This document shows, one piece after another, positions 9,919 through 20,828 of a DNA stretch of 64,000 bases (positions are counted from its first letter, which is position 1; each line of letters opens with the position of its first letter). Source of the DNA: Dudresnaya verticillata (lineage: Eukaryota); the NCBI GenBank assembly GCA_977862235.1, contig OZ374558.1, forward strand, positions 1-64,000. Reading direction: 5' to 3'. Made by a program: the position numbers and the translations under genes. The notes under the pieces were generated by a model that had not been told where the DNA came from, did no database searches, and saw only the letters and a list, made by a program, of their open reading frames with translations.

Positions 9919-10413
9919 ATGGCAGATGCCCTAAACCAGCAGCAATCATCATTCTGGAACGAGCAGTGCCAGCCCGATGAACTCCATGGCTTTATGAGCA
10001 TATACGGAAGAGCTGTACGAGGAGGCCTTGAATTTAGCGACCAGCTTGTGCGCTTTTGCAGCTCTCGGTCTTCGACTGAGGGCGAAGCCACGAGTACATC
10101 TACCACATCAGAGGAAAGAAGTTCCTTCGAACACGAACCAAGCCCGGAAACATCGACAAGCCAAAGCAGCTACAGTTCTTCTAGGTCTGGAACCGCAACG
10201 CAAAATGTTCACAACGGAGCGATACCTCCTCCACCACTTGACGATATTCCTGACCCTCGCGATCCACTCGATTTGGACATTCCCGATGAATTGTGCCTGG
10301 AGTTTGAAAGGATCTATGAGAGAGTAAGCTTCACCTTCAACTATGTAGAAAGAGCGCTGGAAAGGATGACTTGGGATGAGTCCGGCCCAACGCTCGTGCT
10401 ACATCACCAGTAG
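9919..10413 (+). CDS. Hypothetical Ser/Thr-rich protein (~164 aa)
   Basis: Open frame from ATG 9919 (MADALNQQQ...) with a plausible composition but no recognisable domain. Confidence 0.3.
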   Translation: MADALNQQQSSFWNEQCQPDELHGFMSIYGRAVRGGLEFSDQLVRFCSSRSSTEGEATSTSTTSEERSSFEHEPSPETSTSQSSYSSSRSGTATQNVHNGAIPPPPLDDIPDPRDPLDLDIPDELCLEFERIYERVSFTFNYVERALERMTWDESGPTLVLHHQ

Positions 10414-11479
10414 AATAGTAAACTACTTGTTAGTACTTCTGTTGAACAACTTCCCGTCAGCTCCGACAGCTCTCTGTCTTAGTCTCCTGATCCTGTTACC
10501 GCGACGGGGCGTCGCTAGTACTGTATATAGCCAGATTTCCGCTCATGTCCCATTCCCCTCTCCACTCCGACCCGTAGATACGCGCCAGCGGGCGTCGAGT
10601 TTTTCCCATCCCGACGCATCTCGATCGTGACCCCTACCGTCTCGATTTGTTCATTGATGATCCGACTTTTGCTTCATGTCCACAGGCGTTCGACTTTTCC
10701 ATCATAAGTCCGTCCTCATTCTCATTCAAGCTCGTCTGGTGTTGTTTCTGGGCAGGCCCTTGCCGCTCGCGAGTGTGCTAAGGGCCGTCACTATCATGAT
10801 ATTTGCCCTGTTCATGGCATCACCCTTCATCCGTTAGTAGTGAATATCTACCGGTAGATCTACGGTCGAGTTGGAATCAGATTTCATTCTGGACTGCAAA
10901 CACTTGCGGGCTTCTTCACGGGCAAGAAGGGCTCGAATCCGCTTGTTGAGAAGAATTCTCTCCTAACTCGTCTAGTTTTGGTTGTGCTCCAACATGTAGC
11001 CCTTACTGTGAACCGTCAGTTCCGTCTCAGCACCCCAGTCCTTCGTCGTAGTCTCGTCTCCTGATGGGACCCCCTGGTATGCCTTGGTTAAAGTGATGCT
11101 TCCCCCCCAGTGTCAAAGCCCCCGCCGTGTCATTACTGGTGGCTTTTCGGAACTATTCTATTGCTTTGAAAGCCTACCAGTAGCATTTCAGAACGGTACC
11201 TAAGACCCCAATTGTGACCAATGAAAACACGTCTCGATGCAACACGCACTCTCCTACACACATGTACGAACATGCAAAACAGTAAAGAGGGACTCAATAT
11301 CTGTTGATCCACAACGAATCTTTCCCTAGGAAGCGCATGTTTCCTGAGGAAAGGTTGGTAGTACAATTCTAGTCACCCCGTTCTATTACATATATGTCAT
11401 TCGATGGGGATGGTAGCTGTGGCGTCACATAGCCCTATTTCCTCTAGCAAAAGTGGTTTGGCTAATTTCTTGATGATCA

Positions 11480-12346
11480 CGTCACATGATCATAACATAA
11501 CATCACACAAGCCTTTGATGATATAGAACCTGAATTAACGTATATCGAAACCAATGGCATTAGTGATACGGTCGTTTTCAACATACCTCTGTCGTATATG
11601 GTTTCCGTTGGAATTCCAGATGCGTTGTTCAGGCTTGGTGTATTTGTGCTGGGAAAATCTGTTCTTGCCGAACAGGTTGCTAATATCGCCAAGGCGTTTG
11701 GTATGCTTTCTCTAAAGCGTTCAAGGAATTGGACGGAAATGTGTCCAAAGATGTATGGGAGTCGACAAGTACATGCGTACGGGCTGGATTTAAGTTGATG
11801 TCGACATGCACGAAACGTATGATAGCGGGGGACAGCGTTGAGACTGCAGCATCAGTTTCTAGAAAAGCCGTCGGCAAGGGCGTTAAAGAAGCTGTTAAGA
11901 AACTGACAATGTCTCTACTGAAGCATCCGGTGGCTGGTATTGTCATATTGGGAGCAATAGCTACCATAAACATGCTCATAGTGCATGAATCGAACCTCGA
12001 CATTGAGCTGGACTTTCCGTACATTTGGAACGGGGATACAGCCCATCTTCCGAGCGATACGATTAAAGGCAGAACCGTTGGGGACCGTACAGATGAGTGG
12101 AGCACGGAGTCTTCTTACCACGCAATGGCATTTCAGGTCACGGGCAATTCTCGTATCTATGGTATTGAATACACAATGAGACATAAACTCAAGAACAGCA
12201 ACGTGGTAGTAGATACGGTTTCAGGCCTATTCTGTATTCCGGTAAATGGAAGAACTCTCTCCACGCAACTTTTGATAATATTGGAAGCGCTGCAGACGGT
12301 TACGAAACCTACCTTGTTTGTGATTCGCGATAATCCGGCATCGTAG
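11480..12346 (+). pseudogene. Frameshifted gene remnant of unknown family (amphipathic/hydrophobic helices followed by a beta-rich C-terminus)
   Basis: Two overlapping protein-like frames (11598-11798 and 11729-12346), with in-frame stops upstream. Confidence 0.3.
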
Positions 12347-13287
12347 TTATCGGGGAGACTGTAACTAGACTAGTCGTGAAGTAGTCTAACCCTGCCGTTT
12401 TGACTGTTGTAGTAATCAGACCGGAGCAGCTGAACCGAGTTAGTAGTGAAGTTGGCGGTGCCTCGTTTAAGATTCACAAGCATCTTTCCTTCAGTCACTC
12501 AATTAGACTAGATGGATAGCGAAACATATCATCGGAAATGCGATAGAAGGCACCTAAACGTTAGAAATACCCCAATTCGAACAATCTTTATCTTTGAACA
12601 AGTCGCACCGCCTTCGGCGGGGGCGGCGCTGCGCGCCGCTAGACCGCGCCTTCGGCGCGGGACGGCACTGAGTGCTGGTATGATACGGTGTAACTTGGGT
12701 CGCGCGCGCACAAAAGTAAAGGACCAAATTAAGAAATCAGGCGCACAGCAAAGGTGTCGGCTGTAAGGAGCACCATCCCGCCAATCAATGGTGAGCTTTG
12801 CTGCTGCTGCTGCTGCTGCTGATTTTTTTCATTGGCGCTGCGGCCGTGTATTTTAGATATAATTTCGGATTCGTAGAAACTATTGTGGCGCCAAGTGGAT
12901 TTGTTGGCGCATCGATATAGAATTTTGTTTATTTTTCGAGACGTGGCCGGGCTAATACTACCCCTTGGGCGGTCATACCCCTACAAATTCTTACAATAAG
13001 GTAAACAAGGGAAGAGATCGGCGGCGCTGCGCGCCGCGATGTGCTGTCTCTGACGTTCTGGTGTTGGATTATACTGCTGAGTTAAAGGTAGGATTGTGTG
13101 TCGGAAGCAGAAGTGAAAAGTCTTGAGAGATATTTTCAAGACGATTTAATGCAGAAAAGAGACTTGAGGGCCTTGAAGAGGCTGCTAGAAAAATCAAGGC
13201 CTTTAAGAGGCCGCTAGAAAAATTCAAGACCTTTAAGAGGCCGTTGAAAAAAATGACAAAGAGTAAAAGCAGCAAAACCACTTAATG

Positions 13288-13860
13288 TCAGTGACGTTGT
13301 TCCACAAACGTGACTGCTTCAGGTAGAAAAGGATTTCCGACCACTACTGGCATGTTGTGGAAGGGGTGGTCGGTGCTGGATGGGTGGTCTTCTTCGTTGT
13401 GCAGGAGAAGGACGTCATTCGATTTCTTAACGCGAGACAGGGCGACATAGAGCTGACCCGAAGAGAAGAAGTTGGATCGCAAGTCCACGATCATCTTGCG
13501 CAATGTTTGGCCTTGTGCCTTGTGCACTGTAGCACTAAATTCTAGACGAAGCGGAAACTGCCTGCGGGTAACTCGAACGCCGTGGAAGTCAAACTGGAAG
13601 TCGATACGGTGTAGCGCATAAGTTTCCACTTCCTCCCTATCCCCGCTTTCGTTTAGCTTGGCCACGTAAACCATTCTTCTACTATAGCGCTTGACGACGA
13701 ACATTGCACCGTTAACAATGTGCGGGTGTAGAACATTCCGTATTACCATTACCGGGACACCCAACTTCAGTTTCAATTCGTGCGGAGGAACCCCAGTCGG
13801 CATGTAGCGGTACGTCATCTCGGGGCAGCGACGACGGGAATCAAGCAGGATCTGTACCCG
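13288..13860 (-). mobile_element. Helitron Rep/Hel fragment (C-terminal PIF1-like helicase)
   Basis: Motifs [42 protein letters not shown] and [13 protein letters not shown] are typical of Helitron helicase C-termini. GC-rich hairpins (GCGGCGCTGCGCGCCGC, CGCGCCTTCGGCGCG) lie downstream at ~12605-12665. Confidence 0.85.
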
Positions 13861-14049
13861 TTTCGAAGGGGTCTGCTCTCGCCACAACTCAGCTTACCTG
13901 CCCCGGGCTTCCACACGTGCTTGCGCGCTCGCGTAGAGGGAGCGGGGGAGGAGTCGTGCGAGAGCGTTCCCCGCCGCCGCTCATATGGCCCCGTAGTTTG
14001 CGCTTTACACGGCCTCAGGGAGATCACGGCGAGCTCACTTCGGATGAGC

Positions 14050-14525
14050 ACTACAGTACCAATTTAATTATGTAAAGTAGCTTTCTAGGCCTCTAGGACA
14101 GGTGCGGTTTTAATCACATAAATTAAGAATGGAGGCGCACGGCGCGACTGTAAGATCGGGTCACTGTAGCGCGGCGGCGCGTCTGTCAATTTACTGTCAG
14201 AAAATCGGAGCGCGCCAATGGGCGCGCGTTGCGGCAAAATGCGGCCAATCGGGTGGCGCAGCTTGGCGGTCAGCCAATGGGGTTGCAGCTTTGCTGCTGC
14301 TGCTGCTGCTGCTGATGCTGCTGCTGCTGCTGCTGCTGAATTTTTCTATTGGGCGTAAAAGGGTGATCTAGAAATAGGTTTGGCGGCAAGGGATGGTAAT
14401 GGCGGGCGGATGTTATTTTTTACAAATTTTTTACGTGTACGAAGCCCTTGAGGGGCCTCCTACACTGACAAATCATTACTATGGGGAGAACAAGGGCAAC
14501 GACGCGGCGCTGCGCGCCGCTATGC
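14050..14525. repeat. Non-coding repeat (Helitron-associated) with (CTG)n tract, duplicated at ~28845-29470
   Basis: GGTTTTAATCACATAAATTAAGAATGGAGGCGCACGGCG occurs at ~14106, ~28856 and ~29032. The CTG tract and GGGATGGTAATGGCGGGCGGATG are shared between the two regions. Confidence 0.75.
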
Positions 14526-14994
14526 GTGTGGTGAAGTAAGCCGTGGCGCGCACGCGGCACGCCGACGGCAAGCCAACCGTAACGGATGATGTGGCAATAC
14601 GCCACGCTGATGATCTGGCAACGTGTAACCGTGTCGGATGTCGTGCGCATTGCTGTACGCCGGTACGCATTGCTGTATAGCAGTGAAGCGCACCAACCAT
14701 ATCGGAGTATTTGTAGTATTTATTCTTTATTTTTAGTGAGTATCTGTACAGTATGTAGAGTAGTGCGCCAGCCAATGAGAATGCTGCGCATGTCCGTGTC
14801 GGAGATTGGGACCAGCAGGGCCGATTCCACCATGGGTCCAGACCATTAGGGTCTGGCCCCCACGGACCGGACCGCTCGGTGCCACCCTGACTTGTATATC
14901 AGGGCGGCACCGCAGCGGCTCCTAAGGTAAACGGGTAAGCAACCTTAGCCCAATCCTTTACGGTTTTCCCCGCGCCGAGCCCGTTGCGGTCTAC

Positions 14995-15681
14995 TGTAGT
15001 AGAATGGCTTTCAAGCCAGAGTAGACGGCCACACAGCACGACAGCTGCCCTGAAAGCGTGATCCCACTCGCGTGGTTGGTAGCTCCAAAAGGGGTGGTAG
15101 AGACTTGAGAGGGCGGTAAGCCCTGCAAAAGGGGGAAAAAGGGAAGGCGAACCGTACTGCTTAGAGCAGTCGTCGTAGGTAGCACGGCTTGTAAACGCCT
15201 AACGGGGATTGTAGCGGTGATACCGTGAGAGTCCAACAAAGGGAAAAAAACCCAAGGCACACACCGCTGCCCATTTAGTGCGGGGCCCCTGCCACTCAGG
15301 GGCCTAATAAAAACGGCGGGAGCCGAAAAGGTACTACCCGCTCAGTTAGAGCTATAATGCTAACAGTGAGCTAATACTGTACTACCCGCTCAGTTAGAGC
15401 TATAATGCTCACAGTGAGCTAATACTGTACACTAACAGTTACACTAGCGATTAAAAATAGGAATGAGCGGTCATACCGCTTCCGTACGTACGGCGCCATT
15501 GTAAGGCGCCACACCCAAAATAGACGTGCCATCATGGCGCGTGTCCACCACTCAGCGCGCATAGCGCTCACGTAGTTAATTGTCCAATGGCGAGCAGCCA
15601 TCTCACTCCTGTATGCCACGCCTTACAGGCGTCGCGTGTACACGTGGGTCCTTACAGCGCCCCAGCGCTCGTTATACCACA
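14995..15681 (-). repeat. Gypsy 3' LTR (contains an internal ~48-bp tandem duplication)
   Basis: TG...CA ends, adjacent PPT at 15682-15694, matches 27736-28431. Confidence 0.93.
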
Positions 15682-16365
15682 CGGCCCCCTTCTTAAAACT
15701 GAGCGACCGCGCTCAGTAAGGAGCTGTACAGCGATGCTGTTTCCAAAGGCTATAGCCGTTTGAGATTGAGATTGAGATCCTGTGGTCCGTTCATTGGCCC
15801 AGCGAGAACGTTTTGCAAACGCCGCCCAGGGGCCCCGTCTCGACGAGGCGCCAGGTCACTGTGTGCACGGCTTGAGCCGTCGGCGTCGTCTCGACCGGTA
15901 TCGATTGCGCGAAACACCAGACGGGCGCACGAATATTTCAACGCTGGCTTGCAGCCATCTTTTCCCTTTCGGTGCCCACACCCACCAACAGCCGTAACCC
16001 TGCAACTGACCGCCCGGTTTGGCTCCTTGCATCCGCCCCGCTTGAGCGAGCTCCTCATCTGCGTTCGCACTGTTGCGCGCCGTCGCCCGGTGTCAAGCCA
16101 TTCGACCTCCGCCGTGCGCGCCCCGCGCTTCCCGGCTGACAGCCGTTTTCTCAGGTCGTGCTCGCCAGTCGTTGGACTTGGCTCTGGAGCCGACGTTCAG
16201 GCAGAAGAACGGCTTCCGCGCCGTAGAAGTAATCAGGTCGCGCTCACTACCCCTCGGGGTCGGTTCTGGAGCCGACGCGAATCAGGAGAAAGGGCTCCGA
16301 ACCTGTAGAAGACTTGATCCGGAAACGACTTCCAAGTCGTTGGCATTCTCGCCGACTATATCGAG

Positions 16366-18659
16366 ATGGCGCCGCCACACTTGGCGTATGGAGCCGCCGG
16401 CTCTAGTGCGAATGTCTTGGGACATGAGGTGGACGCGGCTGGCGTGCCGATAGCGATCTCCCACAGCCGCGACTGGCTTCTGCGTACCGACCTCACACAT
16501 CTGAAGATGCGGGTGGGAGCTAGTCGCGAGGAGGTTCGCCGCATCGGGGGAAGGATGGCTCAAAGCCGTATTTGGAATCGTCTTATGCGCACGCGCGTTG
16601 GCATCTGGACCGGTACCAACCGGTTCCTCCCACGCCTTGATGGCGACGCAGACCCTCTTCAATGGGACCTTGCCTATGTGCGCTTCCGGTATGAGGTTGC
16701 GTGGAGCAATGCGCTGACGCAGAAGTTAACTTCTCAGGCCACCCTTTTGTACGAGATTCACCAGGGTGGCGAGTGGGACCTTCGACTCGTTATGCATGAG
16801 CGTCCACTCATTCGGAAGGGGAGGGATAACTTCCCAACTTCCCATATACAATGGCCCGCGTGGTGCGGTGGGATGAGTCATCCAACTTAAAATACGCCCT
16901 GGATAACCCCCAGACGGCTATGCCGTTAGAGCATTCCCGCTTCGAGCGAAAGCAACGCCACAAGACAGGGTGCCTCATCCCTTGCCATTGCCAAGAGGTG
17001 ACGGCTATCAAGCCGGAGTGGTATAACGGGAATTGTCCGCAGGTACCTGATGACCATAAGGACTTCGAGGTTTCCTACTCAATGCCGGTCGGTACTCCGA
17101 CGATTATCGCGTACCTTGGTCTTGAGATGATGGCGAAAGCCATAGATGACAGCGTGCTCTGGAGCATTTATCGCCATGAGTGGGTCGTTCTCGTCACTCA
17201 GACGCTGGTGTATGAGGCGCGTCGCGGCCTGCTATATTTCATCGGTCAACCATTGCGGGCCGCAATTCGGGCGTTAGGCCTTAAGGACTTAACTGCTGAC
17301 GCAGCCGACGAGAAGGACTTAGAAGCTCTGCTCATCTTCGTCGAGCGTATTCGCTGGAGCGAAGTTACCAAGCGCAACCGACATCTACCAGATAACACTG
17401 GTCAGCTGACGCCGGTTTACAATCGTGGGGATTGGGTCGGTTTTGATCCGCAGAGGTGGCACCCGATGCTGCCGGAATATCTCATTCAGCCGGAGCCATC
17501 CGAGGCGAATCCACTCATCATTGACGAGGGAGCTCGTATGACCGGAATGACGGCCGGTTGGGTTAGTTCCCGTTGGCGTGAACCAGGTCCCGAGACCCCC
17601 GAGCAAGTTCCCGTCTTCGACGAGACTGTTGGTGGACAGCCACAGGGACCTCATGCCCCGCCTGCCATGGGCTATTCGAAAGCCGACCACGTTATTAGAG
17701 ACGTCTTCAATAGGCGTGGTTTAGCCATCCGGCTCGCTTGCCAGTGGGACATGCGTCATCTCAACGTACATAGTCTGGCAGACTGGGTGGAGGAGGTCAT
17801 GGTGGACTATGAGTCCAATTGGTTGCAGATGCCGGGTCCGGCCGACGAGATGGAGCGTTTGAGGGCTCACTTTGCCGCCCTTCCTCCCCTGTCGGGCCGT
17901 TCGCGGGTTGGGGACGTGAAGCCGCGTCGCGGTATTGGCCACGCTGGTACTCCCGGCATCAAGCAAGAGTCGACTGGAGTCGAAGATGGTGATCCTCGTG
18001 CCAATATGAGCGAAAACCCCGCAGCGATTCCGCGTGAGGAGTCGTCCGCCACCGCCGTGCAGACCACAGCTACAGCTGTTAAGTCTGTTACCACGCCTGC
18101 GATGGCAGTCGTCTCAGCTTCCACTGCGATAGCAACAGGCGGGGCTCCGACCCTTGGAGCACCAACTACGGGTTTACCCGGCTTCGCCCCCGTGGGCGAG
18201 TTCCTCGGGGCAGACTTTCCTCGCCGTGGTTCTCAAGCCACAAAGGAAGTGTTGACAGGGGTTGTTGCAGTCGTACCTGGGTCACAGGATAAGGAAACTG
18301 CGGGCTCAAAGCTCGATGTCGATGGCCAGGATGGCGCTTCTCAAGCGAAGAAGGCAGTTCCGTCTTCAGACGACGTAGTCGTTAAGACCGAATTAATCGT
18401 TAAGGAAGAGGATGAGGTGGACCCCGGTATGGGTGAAACCCCGAGAGCCAGCTTCGATGCTATGGAGATCGACGCCATAACGACTCACAGTCGTGTGGGC
18501 GGGCTTGGCGCAGTCACCCAGCGTGGTCGTGCCTCGCGTCCGGTGGGTCGTGGCCGTCGCACGGTGCGTGAAGTTCGCCGCGTCGTTATTTCCCATTCGG
18601 CTCCTCAGCCGGATCCGCCCCTTGGAGAGGATGAGGTCATTGACCTTTTGTCAGAGTGA
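16366..18659 (+). CDS. Antisense extra ORF(s) of the Gypsy element (174 aa + 602 aa overlapping, probably one frameshifted gene), function unknown
   Basis: Long protein-like ORFs 16366-16890 and 16851-18659 lie between pol and the 3' LTR, on the strand opposite to gag-pol. Confidence 0.6.
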
Positions 18660-20025
18660 GTCTCCGATGGCTCTAGCCAATTAGTAATCACCGTTTCCCT
18701 TGTATCCTGTCTGGATGCCTTTGTACTTCGCCTTGCTTGGGCAAGAGCGGCTTAACCGCTAAAGTAAAGCATTGATGTTACTGTATCCCCTTCGGCTGGA
18801 AGCCGATTCGCTCTATATAAGGGCGTCTGTGACTGCGTTCCCTTCATTGGGGGCGTGGTTCGATGGCGAATATTCCAACTTCCATCGGCATCTTGGCGCA
18901 AAAGTGTATATCACTCCTTGGAGGAGTTGGGCATCGCAACTCCTTGCTACTGCCGAGGCATCATGGTGCCATGGCGCACGCGCCGTGGCGTAGAACACCA
19001 AGACGAATTTGATTCGTGGGTCAATCCGCCTCCAACCGCAAGTTGACCAGTCGAGGGGGCTACAGCAATGGTCAACTCCCCTCTACAGTAGAACTCTGTG
19101 ATACTGTAGAGGCGAGCGTTTTTGGCGCCAGTGTGGTTCGCCGTGGGATTGTCTGCCAGACAAATCTTGGTTCGTGGATGGATCGCCCAAAAGAAATCTA
19201 GTTCGCTGATGGTTACTCCTCCCTACCCCTTTAGGGGGTTCGGGGAGCCGTTCGGTGCATGATAACCGAATTCGCTGTAGTACGCCAGCCATTTGACTTC
19301 AGTCAACGGGTAAGGTTTCTCGTAGACCTTCCACTGAGTGGTCGTCCCGCGACCGCGGTATAGGAGATATGTCGATAAAGCCATTGGTGATAGCCATCAC
19401 GAGAAAGCATCCCGCTATACCTAGCGCATATTGTAGTTGTAACTGCTCAGCGTCTAGGTGCTTGCCCAGTCAATTCTGCTGTAGCAACTGTAGTTACTAC
19501 TATAATAGTTTACGCCATCGTCCTCTTGAGGTCCTGAGCCTTACAATCCTCTTCCAGTCTTGCGTTTCCAACTCATCTATCCATTTCTTTCCACTTCCAA
19601 TTCATTTATCCAAATGTTTCCAAACATCTATCCACATCTGGAGCTTCTTCTCATCTATCCAGCTTGAACTTCCAGTCCATCTATTCACATCTGTCCAAGG
19701 TTTCCAATCTTCTTTGCATCTATCCATTTTCTTGAACTTCCAGTTCAGCCGCTCCACATCTATCCGAACATCTATCCAAGGTTTCCAACCTTCTTTGTAT
19801 CTATACCTTTCCAATTTTCAAACGGGGTCAATCCCATTCAGTTAGACTAATATACATAGGCATAGCCATTTCTATCCCGTGGATCGGTTCGGCGATCCGC
19901 AATAGGACGTTATTTTCGTTTTCCTTATAAGGCTTCTGCCTAGCGTAGAGTTACACACGTAAGCGTGCCGCGAGGTAGCACCGACTCATGACGCTTGAGT
20001 TATCATCAGACTGGTCGACCAGTAG

Positions 20026-20828
20026 TTATTCCGAGAGGGGAATCCTCTTCGCACGGTGATACCGTTTGACTAGATTCGCTGGGAGGTGCTCTCGCGGTTC
20101 CCAGGTGTCCTGTGAGGCAGGGCACTGGTACCAGCGCACCTTGTACAGTTTCGACTCGGAGTCGTAGTCGACCAATTTCTCATAAACATGCTCCCGTGGC
20201 GGGGCTTTCTTGAAGCGTGAAAACTTACGACGCGGGGTCGTCCCATCTGCATTAGGGGAGATCAGCTCTCCATGGGCTTGAGGAGAGCTTAGGCCCTGTG
20301 CGACCGTTGGCCCGGCCTCATTCAGGCCAGGCGGTATGATAACCTCATCGCGAGGGGGTACGGTGGTAGAAACCGGGCCAGCGCCATTATCGATATCTTC
20401 GATCACTTCCCGCGGAGGGGAGACAGTCTGCGCATTTGCATGTTCTACGCCCGCTTCCAGCGGCTCCTCTCTTTAATGTTCGGCGATGGTGCGGCGCTTG
20501 GAGCATTGGTGGCTATTGACTCAAGAGTTGGTCCTGCTAGTTCCACATTTCCAGGAGTCGTCTCCACGATGGGTGGGGCTAGCCCTAGAGCTCCAAGCTC
20601 TTCTTCCAGTGATGGGGCCAGAGTGACACGGTCCAGAGAGACTGATTCCCTTTCGCCGTTCCTTTGCAACACGACAGTGTGTGTTCCTCTCTCGAGGATC
20701 TTGTATGGGCCGAGAGCCTTTGGAAACAACTTTCCTTCCCGTGCCACGCCCTTGGCGTCTTTCATTTTCGTCTCTCTCTCGAGGAAGACCCAGTTACCCG
20801 GGCGCAACGTCTGATTAGTCAGACGCAT
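20026..20828 (-). CDS. Integrase C-terminal region and chromodomain (frameshifted from pol)
   Basis: GPY-like KLFPKALGPYKIL, and chromodomain YEKLVDY..LYKVRWYQCPASQDTWEPREHL. Confidence 0.85.

Noticed and set aside
19369..19845. ORFs with WKPWxDV-like repeats
   Set aside because: Short degenerate tandem repeats in the Gypsy internal non-coding region; no domain support.
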